Assembly (NCBI GenBank): GCA_964016885.1 | Contig: OZ024740.1 | Location: 99,138,001-99,202,000, forward strand | Source of the DNA: Eledone cirrhosa | Lineage: Eukaryota | DNA: 64,000 bases | Direction of reading: 5' to 3' | In this document: positions 1 through 14,914 of the stretch, piece by piece | How positions within the stretch are numbered: position 1 is the stretch's first letter | Layout: every line of letters starts with the position of its first letter | Position numbers and translations under genes: made by a program | Notes under the pieces: generated by a model | Seen by the model: only the letters and a program-made list of their open reading frames with translations | What the model was told of the DNA's origin: nothing | Database searches by the model: none

Positions 1-3000
1 GTAGCCCGGTGTTGCTCTGTTTTTTCATTTGCTATGGAAAGTTACATACAGGTAAACGTGGCTTGAAAGCGAATAAGGTTATCAATTAAGTGCATACAGC
101 AGTTGAACCGGTTATTAAACGTTACGAACCAATTAGCATTTTGGTCAATCAATGATGGGTTAATAATCTTCCAATAGCGAATTTAGTAGACCAAAGTTGC
201 AAGATGGTGGCCCTGATGCCGCTCGGTGTCAGATCTGTCCGCCATGGTATACCCTACCAGGAAATAGTGTTCCAGACGGCATAGCTCCAACACCTCCAAC
301 ACCTGCACCAACATCTATAGCACCTCTTTGTAGACGTTATTGTGTGTCATCCCTTGAGGAGTGTAAGCAAAAAGTCCATTCCTGCTCCCTACGCGGGAAC
401 AGGCAACATAAATTGGCCATGGGAGAAGCATGGCTTCACCAAATTGATGCCTGCCACCGACAATGTTTGCCCTTATGATTTGTTAATGGGCATGGCAAAA
501 CATGGTCTCACCGGGAACAGGGATCGCCGGAAATCGAATGGGATATCTGACGCCGAGGCGTAAAGGTTCATCCTTGGAATGAAAACATTCTACCCTCTTC
601 TGTACCCCGTTAAAATGGTGGGCTCAATCAAGTGCGGTGTCAGTGACTTGACGAGCATGCGAGTACCGTTGCATTGCTTTGGTGGACACAAGTTCCTTAT
701 TAGCATAATGGGACAGCCAACCCTAAGCTTAATAATGTGAGGTGGGAGCCCTGGGGGCTCAAAGGAATTTAATAACTCAGCCGGATAATTAACGATATCG
801 TCGGGTTCTGACGTCCGGTCGATAGATTTGAAGATGTGCTCTTGACCGGGAATTTTCTCAATCAGCTGCTCGTTAATAAAATTAACCATGGTATTTTTCG
901 GAGCAAGGATGGCTCTTTTGCTGAGCCAATCGAGGTTTCTAAAGTTAGATGAGACATTAGGAAAAACTGCTTCCCTAGGTCAGAAGGGCTGCTCACAATG
1001 TTGCCCAGGGAGTCGATTGCCCTTGTGATCGCAGGGACCTTGCCCTCACCAAGTGCTAAAATGTTCAGAGCAAATGCTGCACATATGTTGTAACCATGCA
1101 AATGTGCACGCATATTTGTGCTCAGGTACAAACTCTTCACCTGGATCCACAACATGGGCGACTTAAGGCAGGCACGCACTTCATTAGCTCTTGTGTCTTT
1201 GGGGATGACAGGCAGCGTTTGCCGAAAATCCCCTGATAGCAGAAGGGTTACGCCACCCATAGGAGTCCTAGAATCCCTAATGTATTTCAGGTCCCGTCCA
1301 ATGCCTGAAGGGCACCCTTGTGTGCCATGGTGCACTCATCCCAAACAATGAGGCAACATCTTTTGAGAACCAGAGCTTTGTGTGAACTCTTGCGGATATT
1401 GCATGTTGGTGTCTCAGTTTTTACTAAATCAAAGGGGAGTTTAAAGGTTGAATTTGCTGTCCTGCCTCCCGGCAGCAAAGTAGCAGCGATCCCGGACGAT
1501 GCAACGGCCAATGCAACTTTTTTCTCCTGGCGAATCTTAGCGAGAATAAATTTCGTTACAAAAGTTTTTCCGGTATCCTCAGGAGCGTTTTTTATTGGGG
1601 GGATCCGTTGTTTATTGGGGGAGGGGGCGGGGGGCGTTTTTATTTGAGTGGAGAGGGCGTTTTTTATTTGCAAACCGTTTTTTATTGGGGGGTTGTCCGT
1701 TTTTTATGGGGGGGGGGGTCTGTTTTTATTTGGAATCCGTTTTTTATTTGGGGGAGTGTCCGTTTTTTATGGGGATGGGGACGTTCTTTATTGGTGGGGA
1801 TCCGTTTTTTATTTGGGGGGTCCGGTTTTTATTGGGATGGGGTCCGTATTTTATTTGGGGGGGTCCGTTTTATTGGGGGGGAAAAGGGTCCGGTTTTTAT
1901 GAGGGGATGATCCGTTATTTAGGGGGGATCAGTTTTTTATTTGCGGGTGGGGGTCCATGTTTTGTCGGAGTGGGATCCGTTTTTATTGGGGCGGGGGGGG
2001 GGGGTATTGAGGAGGGGGATCACCCAATTCACACTTTTGAAGCAAAGTGGTAAAGAGTTCCCGTAGACCTTTAGATGATTTCAACAAAGCACCCTCTGCT
2101 AAAGTGGAATCCCATTGCCCGTTTTACAAATGTACCGCAAGCTGTACGATGGCGGGGTGCTGTTGGTGTAGGGGTAAACCAAATAGGCGCCAAAACGCTT
2201 CATTGCTACTGATGTACCGCTCCGCCAGGTGCTGTGACCGCGTCCCTGCTATTTTCAGCTTGAAATGCGAACATTGCGGCATCAGAGCCCTTATTTACAT
2301 ATTTGCATATGTATTTTATCGACTTGACTGAGTTGGAAAACTCAACGTTGATGTGGGCGTTGAACATCTTCAAGAGAAGCGGACAGTAAGGGACCACCCA
2401 TCTATTGTCGACTTGACCTCCCTTTACTGTTGTGGTGAAGTCACCGTTCTCGGACGGTCTCCGCCTGTACAGAGGGTACCCGTCGCCACCAGTCTGAGTC
2501 TGTTCAACAAATTTTATGGGTATCCCTTACTGCACAACCCCCCCCCCCCCCCTTTCAGACACGTAGGATGCTCATTAGGACCCGACGCACACGGACCATG
2601 ATAACTTTGACGATGTCATGTAATTCCTGGTCAGTTGCTGGGTTAGGGATTTCAGCTGAAATGAAGCTGTGTATGGCATTTGAATTGATTTTATCAGCTA
2701 ACCAAATCAAAATGTGAGCATGTGGCAGCCCTCGTTTTTGCCATTCGACGGTGAACATGTCACATTTTACAGCCCCAAATACCTGATCCTTTTTTATTAA
2801 AGCCATGAGTTTAGCCAGTTTCAGTCTGAACACTCTGGCAATAAGGTCATATCTGTTCGAATAATTTTGCCCAGGAAAAGGTTCACGGGTTACATTCCGA
2901 TTCATATGTCTATAGCATTAATCTGTTATATGAAGTGTTATTTTTACGGGTTGTTATTTGCAATAAGTCGATTGAAAATGCCCCATGTAAGCCGTATGTC

Positions 3001-3396
3001 AATACGGAACGCTCAATATGGAACGCTCAATACGGAACGCTCCACTGCAGTGTTGTCATATAGGGAGTGAAGAGCGACAGAGAGAGTAAAGCAGTTAAAT
3101 TATAGAGAGAGGGAATATACGGAACGCTCCATTTGATCATATACACCGTTTCTCTCTCTACATTATTGTCATATAGGGAGTGAAGAGCGACAGAGAGAGC
3201 AAAGCAGTTAAATTTTAGAGAGGGGGAATGATCATGATCGATGTTTGCTCTTATTGTTGATGGATTTGAAATTATTTTGCCTCATGTCCTTTTTCTGACC
3301 GAAAGCAATAATTGTCCCGACTTTGAATAGAATCCGTTGGAAATTGTGGACGTGCATAGGTTACAAACCTTATATATATATATATATATACATCTT
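1..3396 (-). mobile_element. Helitron copy 1, internally deleted RepHel, 3' terminus just outside the window
   Basis: Minus-strand ORF pieces carry the Rep HUH motif (VEWQKRGLPHAHILIW, 2555-2905), the Y2 motif (KYICKYVNKG, 2206-2397) and PIF1-type helicase motifs (GKTF, ASSGIAATLLPGGRTA, IVWDE, GDFRQTLPVI, CNGTR). Colinear with the copy at 14318-18055. Confidence 0.93.
1585..2020 (+). repeat. G/T-rich minisatellite, ~20-nt unit GGGGGGATCCGTTTTTTATT, inside Helitron 1
   Basis: About 20 degenerate tandem units are visible. It is absent from Helitron copy 2. Confidence 0.85.
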
Positions 3397-4071
3397 TCTT
3401 TCATATTGCTTTGATTGTTGATTATTTAAGTAATTAATTCGTCATTGAGCCACATCTTGAATGGTTGCCAAAAAAACACATATATATGGCTCTGTCTAGT
3501 TTATGTATATGTAAACCTCTATATTAGATATACTCCCGTAAGGTTGAGTTAAACTTTAGGCCGTATTCGGCTGCGGTTTCTAGCAACCAGCCTACTCGCC
3601 GTCAGGCACCAATCACAAGCTTTCTGACTTGACCACTGGCCATGTGAAAGTTCTTAGCCATTTTGAATTCGTTTCTGGCGGGGATCATTTAAGAAAAATC
3701 TTTGTCCAATTGAGTTTGTTTCCTGTTTCGAAACTTCGGATATTTCCAAAAATCAAATGAAACACCATGGGGTAGAAACATAATTTTGGTATGTTTATCT
3801 ACATTCTTTCTTCTAACTTTGATTTTGTACCTAATTGTATATGGTTAGCTATATGTCCAGTCAATTTCTACCGGCTATAAGAAATACTAGGTAAATCTTC
3901 TGTGGCTGTTGATCGCGGATAAAATAGCTATCATATTTTTATCTATTGTTTCTTCATAGGTACATTTTAAACTTATAGCCTCGTTTAACTGATTTTTTAT
4001 GTGGTTGATTATGCTGAATGGGAGGAAAAATACTGTATATATTTTATCAAATGATTCTATGGACTTACTTT

Positions 4072-5768
<1,697 letters not shown>

Positions 5769-5823
5769 TATATACTTATATTTTTATATATATACGAATA
5801 TATAAATACATATATATATACAC

Positions 5824-5903
<80 letters not shown>

Positions 5904-5997
5904 GTATATGTATATATATATATGTGTATATATATATGTATATATATGTGTATATATATATATATGTGTATATATATGTGTATATATATATGTATAT

Positions 5998-6025
<28 letters not shown>

Positions 6026-6028
<3 letters not shown>

Positions 6029-9000
6029 GTTTTGCGAGGTTTTTGATATGAAATCGTATGTCGAAACAAATATTGTTATACTTGGGGAGGGTCATATTTG
6101 TGTAATATTGCCAGAATTAATAACAGAACACACTCACTGTTTGGTTGGTTTTCGCTTCTGTGTCTTTTATATCGGTAATCTAATTTATTCGGTCCTCAAT
6201 GTTGCCATTGACTGACCAACGGTCAAAAACACAGATACAGTATAGACACAAACACATATATATAGTTTATCAAAGTTCTTTCGTTGCACATCTGCAACAT
6301 CGTCAATGGTGATATTGTTTCCTCCCGTTGCATTGTATTTTCTACGCCATCTTTATTTAGTCTGTTTATATATTTATTTATTTGTTTATTTTATTTTGTC
6401 TACTTTGCGCATGCGTTTGCGTGTGTGTATAGTGTTTTGTTTGATGTGTGTTCGTGATTGGGTGACTGTGTATTGGTTAATGTATTGTATATTTACTAGT
6501 GTGTGTTTATATGTGTTTGTTGTTATTGTGCTTGTGTATGTATTTATTTATTTATTTATTTATACTTCTCTTAGGTCAGTGTTGTTTGTTTGGGTGTTGT
6601 TATTCCATTCATTCTTTCTGTTTAGCCTTGGCCTTCTATGTTCTATTTCAATGGCCTCTCTGATTTTCCTATCTGCTGGGTCATTTCTATGTTTAGATAT
6701 TATGCTAATTTCTATGTTGTCTATGTTACCGTGGTGTTGTTGTCTGGCATGTCCGTATAGTACTGAACCGTTTTTTCGTCCTTTTAGTTCCCCCCAGTGT
6801 TTATCTATCCTTTCACCTATGCTACGTGCTGTCTCGCCTATGTATGTTTTTGTCATGTTTCTGCAAGTACCCTCTGTACATCTTATGCTATAGACTACGT
6901 TTCTAGTTTTACAGTTTATCCGGGGGTTTACCTTACATATGATACATTTCCTATTAGTACAGTGGGTTTTCTTAAAAGGGTAGCTTTTGCTGATCAGAGA
7001 TTTTATGGTGGTTCCTGACTTTTCTACCACCTTAATTTTTAAGTGGGTCTTTCTCAGGGCCTTTCTACACTGGTTAGCTAATTTCCCTCCAGGGGTAGCG
7101 TCCACAAACATGACACTCTGGTATATCTGGTTGTCGTACCATGAGGTGGCTTTCCCTATCTTATGCCTAGCCCTATCTAAGCTATTCCATGATTTGATCC
7201 TGTATAATGGGCAAATTCATTTCATGTCCAGTTCTATAAGGGTCTTATACTTCTCCATGGCTCCTTCGTATACTCTGATTCTGTCTCTTTGGTTGTAGCC
7301 AGAGAACTGCATGCGGTTGATGAAGTGTTGGATGTGTCTTTCCATTTCTGTTGGGTCGCACATGCGGGACACATTCTTCATCACTCGTACCAAATCTGCG
7401 ATCAGAATATTAAACTTAGCACTACTGGACATTGCTGTGTTTTTGAGTATCAGGTATTTGGAGGCCATGGGTTTAGCATAGTGTGAGTGGAGAATTTGGG
7501 ATCTCTCGTCTATAGCGTTTTTCCAGAGTTCCGTGTCTAATACAGGTAGTCTATTGTTAGGGTGTTTGGATGGGTAGTCGATAGTTACAGTTATACTCTG
7601 GTGTATGGAATTAGCTATCTGCTGGATGCTTTCCATTGTGCTACGTTCTAAATCAAACTTGTTAGTGCTCTCTAGTGGGGATGCTCTTATAACTATATTG
7701 ATATGGTCTACATAACGAGAGTACATGATGAGGTCAATGGAGCTATCATTAAGGAGATCTTTAAGTCTCCCTTCACACCATACCATAAAAAGGTTGGCAA
7801 CATCACCAGCTATGTTGAGGCCAATGGCTGCTCCCTCAATTTGTCTGTAGATCTTCTCGTTGAACTTGAATATGTGGCCCTTTAGGGTAGTTTTGATACT
7901 AGCCCCTATTGCATGTGCGTCCATTTTTCTTACCGGATCATTGTTTTTGGGGGGCCCGTATAGCTTTGCTCCACCCAATCCACCTTCCCATGGGAGTCTT
8001 TTTAGCCATTGAGGTTATGGTGGGGGTCTACCTCTTATGGGTCTACTGGGGCAGAAACGTCTAAGGTCATGGCTGTCTAGGTAGTCAGTGTCGTAGGTAA
8101 GTCTATGTAGGAGGCCCAGTTCGTCTGTGTCGACGTCACAGAACTCCACCTCACTCTCAATGATCATCTCCACACATTTTTCCACAGCAAAATCAATGTT
8201 AATGGATGGGTACACTGATACCACATCCATGCTGCCTATTATGCAGTTGGATAGGTTCCTGTTTGTGTGCACTCACTGGTTCTGCTGAGGAGGTCCTCTG
8301 TAGTGTCACATACATCTGGGGACATCTTGATTATGGGGCGTATAACCATTGAGAGGAAGTAGGAGATCCTGTAGTTGCTAGCTATATTTGCTCCGCATAC
8401 GTTTCTTGCTGGTGGTCCTGTTGTCGGATCGTAGACTGTCTTGTGGTCTTTGCAGAGCCCATACAAGGGTGGTATGCCATTGTTAGACGCCTGGAAGTTG
8501 TTGGCAGTGCGTCTGCCTGGCTTTAGAATGTCGGTCCACATCAACATGTGAGCGTTGAGGATTTTCTCTCTCCCATCATATATTTGCTGTGTAATTTCGC
8601 TCCTGTTGGTGATGTAGGGTTGCATAGCCTTGATGTAGTTCGGTATGCTATCTATTGACATCCTACCAGACTTATCGGTGGGTAGACATACTACCTCACC
8701 ATCTCTTGTGCGCTGCTTGAGGCTAACCAAGCCTTCTACAGGTTTCCTCCCAAGTTATTGTGCCTCTGGTCGGCTCTGTCAATTAGTATACCGGTCTACT
8801 ATTTGACAGATCTTATTTCTAGCTATGGTGAACTGTGCCTCTGTCTCGTCATCTATTTGTTGTGGTACGCAAACTCTTTTATTAAAGGGTAACCTCGTAG
8901 GATAGATATTACCCATCTTATATATTTTGTCAGCTGGGTTGAAGAATAGTTTCTCTAAAGGTTTGTCATTATATCTATCGTCATAGTTGTATGTGATGCT

Positions 9001-9463
9001 ATTATTGTTATTATGGTGGTTGTTGTTGTTCCTATCATTAGCATTATTATTATTGTTATGATTGCTAGATGTATTGTTGCTGTGATTGTTAGATGTATTG
9101 TTGTTATGATTGCTAGATGTATTGTTGCTGTGATTGTTAGAAGTATTGTTGTTATGATTGCTAGATGTATTGTTGCTGTGATTGTTGTTTACTTCACCGT
9201 TTTTGTTGTTGTTACTGTTATTTCTACCATTGTGGTTGTTACTTTTATTATGTTTCTTGTTTTTGTTGTGTCTATCATTAATGTTGCTACATGTATTATT
9301 TCTATTATTACCGCTGTGGTTGTTGCCGTTATTGCTGCTGCTGTGTCTGTAGTTAATGTTTCTATTATTATTATTATTGTGGTTGTTGCTGTTTTTCTGT
9401 CTATCGTTAGTATTATTACCATTATTACTATTTCTCACTTTCCTGGTATTGTTATTGTTATGA
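6026..9463 (-). mobile_element. Penelope-like element, near full length, frameshifted RT plus GIY-YIG endonuclease
   Basis: ORF pieces 8779-9463 (Asn-rich), 8239-8730 (PTDKSG, PPLYGLxKDHK), 8015-8272 (SMDVVSVYPSI), 7217-7978 (QIEGAAIG, RYVDH instead of YVDD) and 6560-7111 (NVVYSIRC...YIGETARS, LNRKNEW). The 3' UTR runs to (TA)n. Confidence 0.93.
9010..9190 (-). repeat. Coding minisatellite (21/24-nt units; NHSNNTS / SNHNNNTS) in the Asn-rich N-terminal region of the PLE
   Basis: Tandem GATTGCTAGATGTATTGTTGCTGT / GATTGTTAGATGTATTGTTGTTAT units, in frame with the PLE ORF. Confidence 0.8.
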
Positions 9464-9464
9464 C

Positions 9465-9587
<123 letters not shown>

Positions 9588-9651
9588 TTATGTATGTATA
9601 TATATGTATATATATATATATACATATATACATATACATACATATATATAC

Positions 9652-9828
<177 letters not shown>

Positions 9829-10290
9829 AATATTTACACATACACCAATTAAACAAAGCCACAGGTATATATGTGTTTTGGCAACTATTCACGATGTGGC
9901 TCAATGAAGAATTAATAAATTAAATAAGCAGCGCAAAATACTATAGAATAAAGCATGTCCAGAGAATTATTTGATATTATATATACATCATCTCTACTCC
10001 CAATCAGCATAATTAACCACACAAAAAATCAATTAGAGCAGGCTATAAGAATAAAAGACACCTAAAAGAAACAGTAAATAAATACGCCACAGCAGCGTCT
10101 TCGCGGCCAACCGCTATAGCATATTTACCCAGCCTTTAAACAGCACGTGGAAATTAATTAAATATACGGTCAACCATACATAATTAGGTAAAAATTAAAG
10201 TTAGAAATGCTTATATACATACCAGGATTAAAACACTAAATCCCGACCATGGGTTTCGCACACATTTTGATATATTATATCTATATGTAT

Positions 10291-10669
10291 TACTTGGGGA
10301 GGGTCATATTTGTGTAATATTGCCAGAATTAATAACAGAACACACTCACTGTTTGGTTGGTTTTCGCTTTTCGCTTCTGTGTCTTTTATATCGGTAATTT
10401 AATTTATTCGGTCCTCAAAATTGCCATTGACTGACCAACGGTCAAAAACACAGATACAGTATAGACACAAACACATATATATAGTTTATCAAAGTTCTTA
10501 CGTTGCACATCTGCAACATCGTCAGTGGTGCTATTGTTTCCTCCCGTTGCATTGTATTTTCTAAGCCATCTTTATTTCGTCTGTTTATAAATTTAGTTAT
10601 TTGTTTATTTATTTGTTTGTTATAACAATATTTGTTTCGTCACACGATTTCATATCAAGAACCTCGCAA

Positions 10670-10675
<6 letters not shown>
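10291..10675 (-). mobile_element. 3' UTR fragment of the 6026-9463 PLE family with an inverted terminal tail
   Basis: 10291-10620 matches ~6079-6390. 10622-10675 is the reverse complement of ~6026-6080. Confidence 0.85.
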
Positions 10676-10714
<39 letters not shown>

Positions 10715-10743
10715 TAACAGATTTCATATCAAGAACCTCGCAA

Positions 10744-10819
<76 letters not shown>

Positions 10820-10823
<4 letters not shown>

Positions 10824-10955
10824 TAAAATAACAGATTAAAGTTTAAGCAAAGAGTCGCTGCTTTCACCCTTAACGGGATCTTGGTTCTTATATATTTGAT
10901 ATATATTTAACCTTATTGAGCCCTCTTTGGATTTTAGTCTTCAAATTTATTATTA
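10820..10955. mobile_element. Short inverted-junction fragment of the 4266-5685 PLE family (another fragment at ~19615-19715)
   Basis: 10820-10882 matches 4359-4420. 10883-10955 is the reverse complement of ~4270-4344. Confidence 0.8.
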
Positions 10956-10974
10956 TTTCTCTCTCTCTATATAT

Positions 10975-11095
10975 AGGAAAATGTTCAAGACCCCAACGTC
11001 AGAGCTCAGGTCGTTTCGACGGCTAATAGCAGTCGAAACGGCTTGAGCTCTGCTGTCGGGTCTTGAACATTTTCCTATTACACACTCTACTACCC

Positions 11096-11161
<66 letters not shown>

Positions 11162-11357
11162 TATGTATATATATATATATATAAATATGTATGTATATAT
11201 ATATATATATATATGAATATGCATGTATATATATATATGTATGTATATATATATGTATATGTATCCATATATATATGTTAATGTATATGTATATATATAT
11301 ATATATGTGTATATATATATTATATATATACATATGTATATATATATACACACACAT

Positions 11358-11420
<63 letters not shown>

Positions 11421-11548
11421 ACGAAGGAAATGTGGTAAGGAACCAGGTGGACCATAACGCACCAAGTACTCAATACTTGAGGTAGTAGAGTGGATAATAG
11501 GAACCAGTAAGACCCCGACAGCTGAGCTCAAGCCGTTTCGACGGCTAA
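10975..11548. repeat. Inverted-repeat fragments carrying a hammerhead 3' half (GAAACGGC...GCUGUC), probable PLE pLTR remnants
   Basis: Hairpin at ~10978-11072. 11478-11548 is reverse-complementary to ~11025-11098. Confidence 0.55.
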
Positions 11549-11580
11549 TTCATTTATATATATATATTTATATATATATA

Positions 11581-12085
11581 TATAATCAAGGTTTAGCAAA
11601 TAAGAAAAAGTTTAAAAATAAATGTTAAAAAATTAACTTACTTACTATTGGTCGTTCTGACTGCTGCTAGTTATAGTGGTAGCCGACTGACCTCTCTGCC
11701 TCCGCCTCTATCTTTACACTCGGCCCTTGAAAAAATTGATTCCACTGCATTTATTCTCATCTCGGGAACAATTTTAAATAGTGCAAGTTCGTAATATGAA
11801 TTCGGGAATTTTATATTCTTCGAATGAAAAGATCCTTCTGACGAGAGTTTTTCTTTGCAACGGATGCCGTATGGACTCCGTTCATTTTTGAGACTCGAAA
11901 CCGATTCGGTAAAGGTAACTATAGTAAGTAAGTTAATTTTTTAAAATTTGTTTTGAAACTTTTTCTTAATTGCTAAACCTTGATTATATATGTTCTGGCT
12001 CGTTAATTTATTAACCTGCCATTGAACCACATTGGCATATGGTTGGACAATACATGTGTCCCTTAGCGCCTTGTGCGTGTAGGGA
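11581..12085 (+). mobile_element. Diverged single copy of the 483-bp hammerhead element, with an inverted 3' segment at its left end
   Basis: Aligns by eye to the 53.3-54.9 kb unit. 11581-11648 is the reverse complement of ~11921-11988. Confidence 0.85.
11834..11915 (+). ncRNA. Type I hammerhead ribozyme
   Basis: CCUU-CUGACGA-GAGUUUU...GAGACUC-GAAA-CCGAUUCG-GUA-AAGG. Intact core and all three stems pair. Confidence 0.88.
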
Positions 12086-12120
12086 TATATATACTTTATT
12101 ATATATATATATATATATAT

Positions 12121-13191
12121 TAGTTTAGCGAGGTTTTTTATATGAAATCGTGTGTCGAAACAGAGAAAGACCCACTTAAAAATAAAGGTGGTAGAAAAGC
12201 CAGGAACCACCATAAAATCCCTGATCAGCATAACCTACCCTTTTAAGAAAACCCACTGTACCAATAGGAAATGTATCATATGTAAGGTGAACCCCCGGAT
12301 AAACTGTAAAACTAGAAACGTAGTCTATAGCATAAGATGTACAGAGGGTACTTGCAGAAACATGACAACAACATACATAGGTGAGACAGCTCGTAGCATA
12401 GGTGAAAGGATAGACCAACACTGGGGGAACTAAAAGGACAATAAACGGGTCAGTACTATACGAACATGCTAGACAACAACATGACGGTAACATAGACAAC
12501 ATAGAAATTTGAATAATATCTAAACATAGGAATGACCCAGCAGATAGGCAAATCAGAGAGGCCAGTGAAATAGAAATTAGAAGACCAAAGCTAAACAGAA
12601 AGAATGAGTGGAACAACAACAACACCCAAACAAACAACACTGGCCTAAGAGAAGTATAATTAAGTAAATAAATAAAATAAAATAAAATGAAATAAGATAA
12701 ATAAATACATACACAAGCACAATAACAACAAGCACATAAACACACACTAGTCACCCAGCAGACACAACACTATACACACTAGTCACACAGCACACATAAC
12801 ACTATACACACACACAAACGCATGCGCAAAGAAGACAAAATAAAATAAACAAACAAGCAAATAAATAAATAAATATATAGACAGACTGAATAAAAAATGG
12901 CGTAGACATACAACACAACAGGAGGAAAAAATATAACACCACTGACGATGTTGCAGATGTGCAACGAAAGATTTATGTAAATTATGTAAACTATATATAT
13001 GTGTTTGTGTCTATATTGTATCTGTATTATTTTTGACCGTCGGTCAGTCAATGGCAACATTGAGGACCGAGTAAGTTAGATCGCAAATATAAAAGACAGC
13101 GAGAAGCGAAAACCAACCAAACAGTGAGTGTGTTCTGTTATTAATTCTGGCAATATTACGCAAATATAACCCTCCCCAAGTATAACAATAT
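12121..13191 (+). mobile_element. 5'-truncated copy of the 6026-9463 PLE (GIY-YIG plus 3' UTR) with an inverted tail
   Basis: ORF 12152-12433 is near-identical to 6560-7111, then frameshifted. 12121-12162 is the inverted 3' tail. Confidence 0.9.
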
Positions 13192-13209
13192 ATATATATA
13201 TATATATAT

Positions 13210-13778
<569 letters not shown>

Positions 13779-13995
13779 GATAACAAAAAGTCGTTATAGG
13801 TAATCCACTTAGAGGTTATGAATACTTCTTATTATGGATAGCTTTATATACGGCGTTGCTTGACTCAACAAGAGGTTTACGTAGATGACGAGTTTATGAC
13901 TTCATTTGTATTCCTATGTAGGTTTATCTTGGAGTAATATAATTGAAAAAGTGGTGAATAACATGGTCAACAGTACAAAAAAGGGGATTTATTTG

Positions 13996-14105
13996 CAGTC
14001 TAACAATTGTTTCACTGATAGAGTTGTCTAGAAATTGCTGATCACTAAAAGCAATGCCACTCAATTTTAAATACGATGTTAACTCTTCTATATCATCGTA
14101 AACTG
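13996..14105 (-). ncRNA. Long-stem-II hammerhead with degenerate core
   Basis: CAGUUU-ACGAUGA...AGAGUU/AACUCU...GAAAC-AAUU-GUU-AGACUG. The core reads CCGAUGA in the inverted arm at ~19307. Confidence 0.6.
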
Positions 14106-14914
14106 ATCAAAACATATATGTGTAAGCGGCAAATTTACAAATTCAAATTACATCATCAATAATAATATTAATAATAAAGATATAGAGAGAAAAGGAGGAA
14201 GAAAGAGAGATAGATACAGTAAAGAAAGAAAGGAAAGGAAGGAAAAAGAAAAAGCGAAAGAAGAAGAAAAGGAGAAATTATTATAGATAGAAATATAAAG
14301 AGAAGATATATAAAATACTAGCAGTTTATCCCGGCGTTGCTCTGTTTGTTCATTTGCTATGAAAAGTTACATACAGGTAAACAAGGCTTGAAAGCGAATA
14401 AGCTTATCAATTAAGTGCATCAAGCAGTTGAACCGGTTATTAAAAGTTACGAACCAATTAGCATTTTCGACAATCAATGATGGGTTAATAATCTTCCAAT
14501 AGCGAATTTAGTAGACCAAAGTTGCAAAACGGTGGCCCTGATGCCGCTGGGTGTCAGATCTGTCCGCCATGGGTGACCCTACCAGAAATAGTTTTCCAGA
14601 CGGCATAGCTCCAACACCTCCAACACCTGCACCAACATCTATATCACCTCTTTGTAGACGATATTGCGTGTCATCCCTTGAGGTGTGTAAACAAAAAGTC
14701 CATTCCTGCTCCCTACGCGCGAACAGGCAACATAAAGTTGGCCACGGGAGAAGCATGGCTCCCTCAAATGGATGCCCGCCACCGACAATGTTTGCCCTTG
14801 TGACTTGTTAATGGACATGGCAAAACATGGTCTCACCGGTAATTGGGATCGCCGGAAATCGAACGGGATATCTGACTCCGAGGGGTAAAGGTTCATCCTT
14901 GGAATGAAAACATT

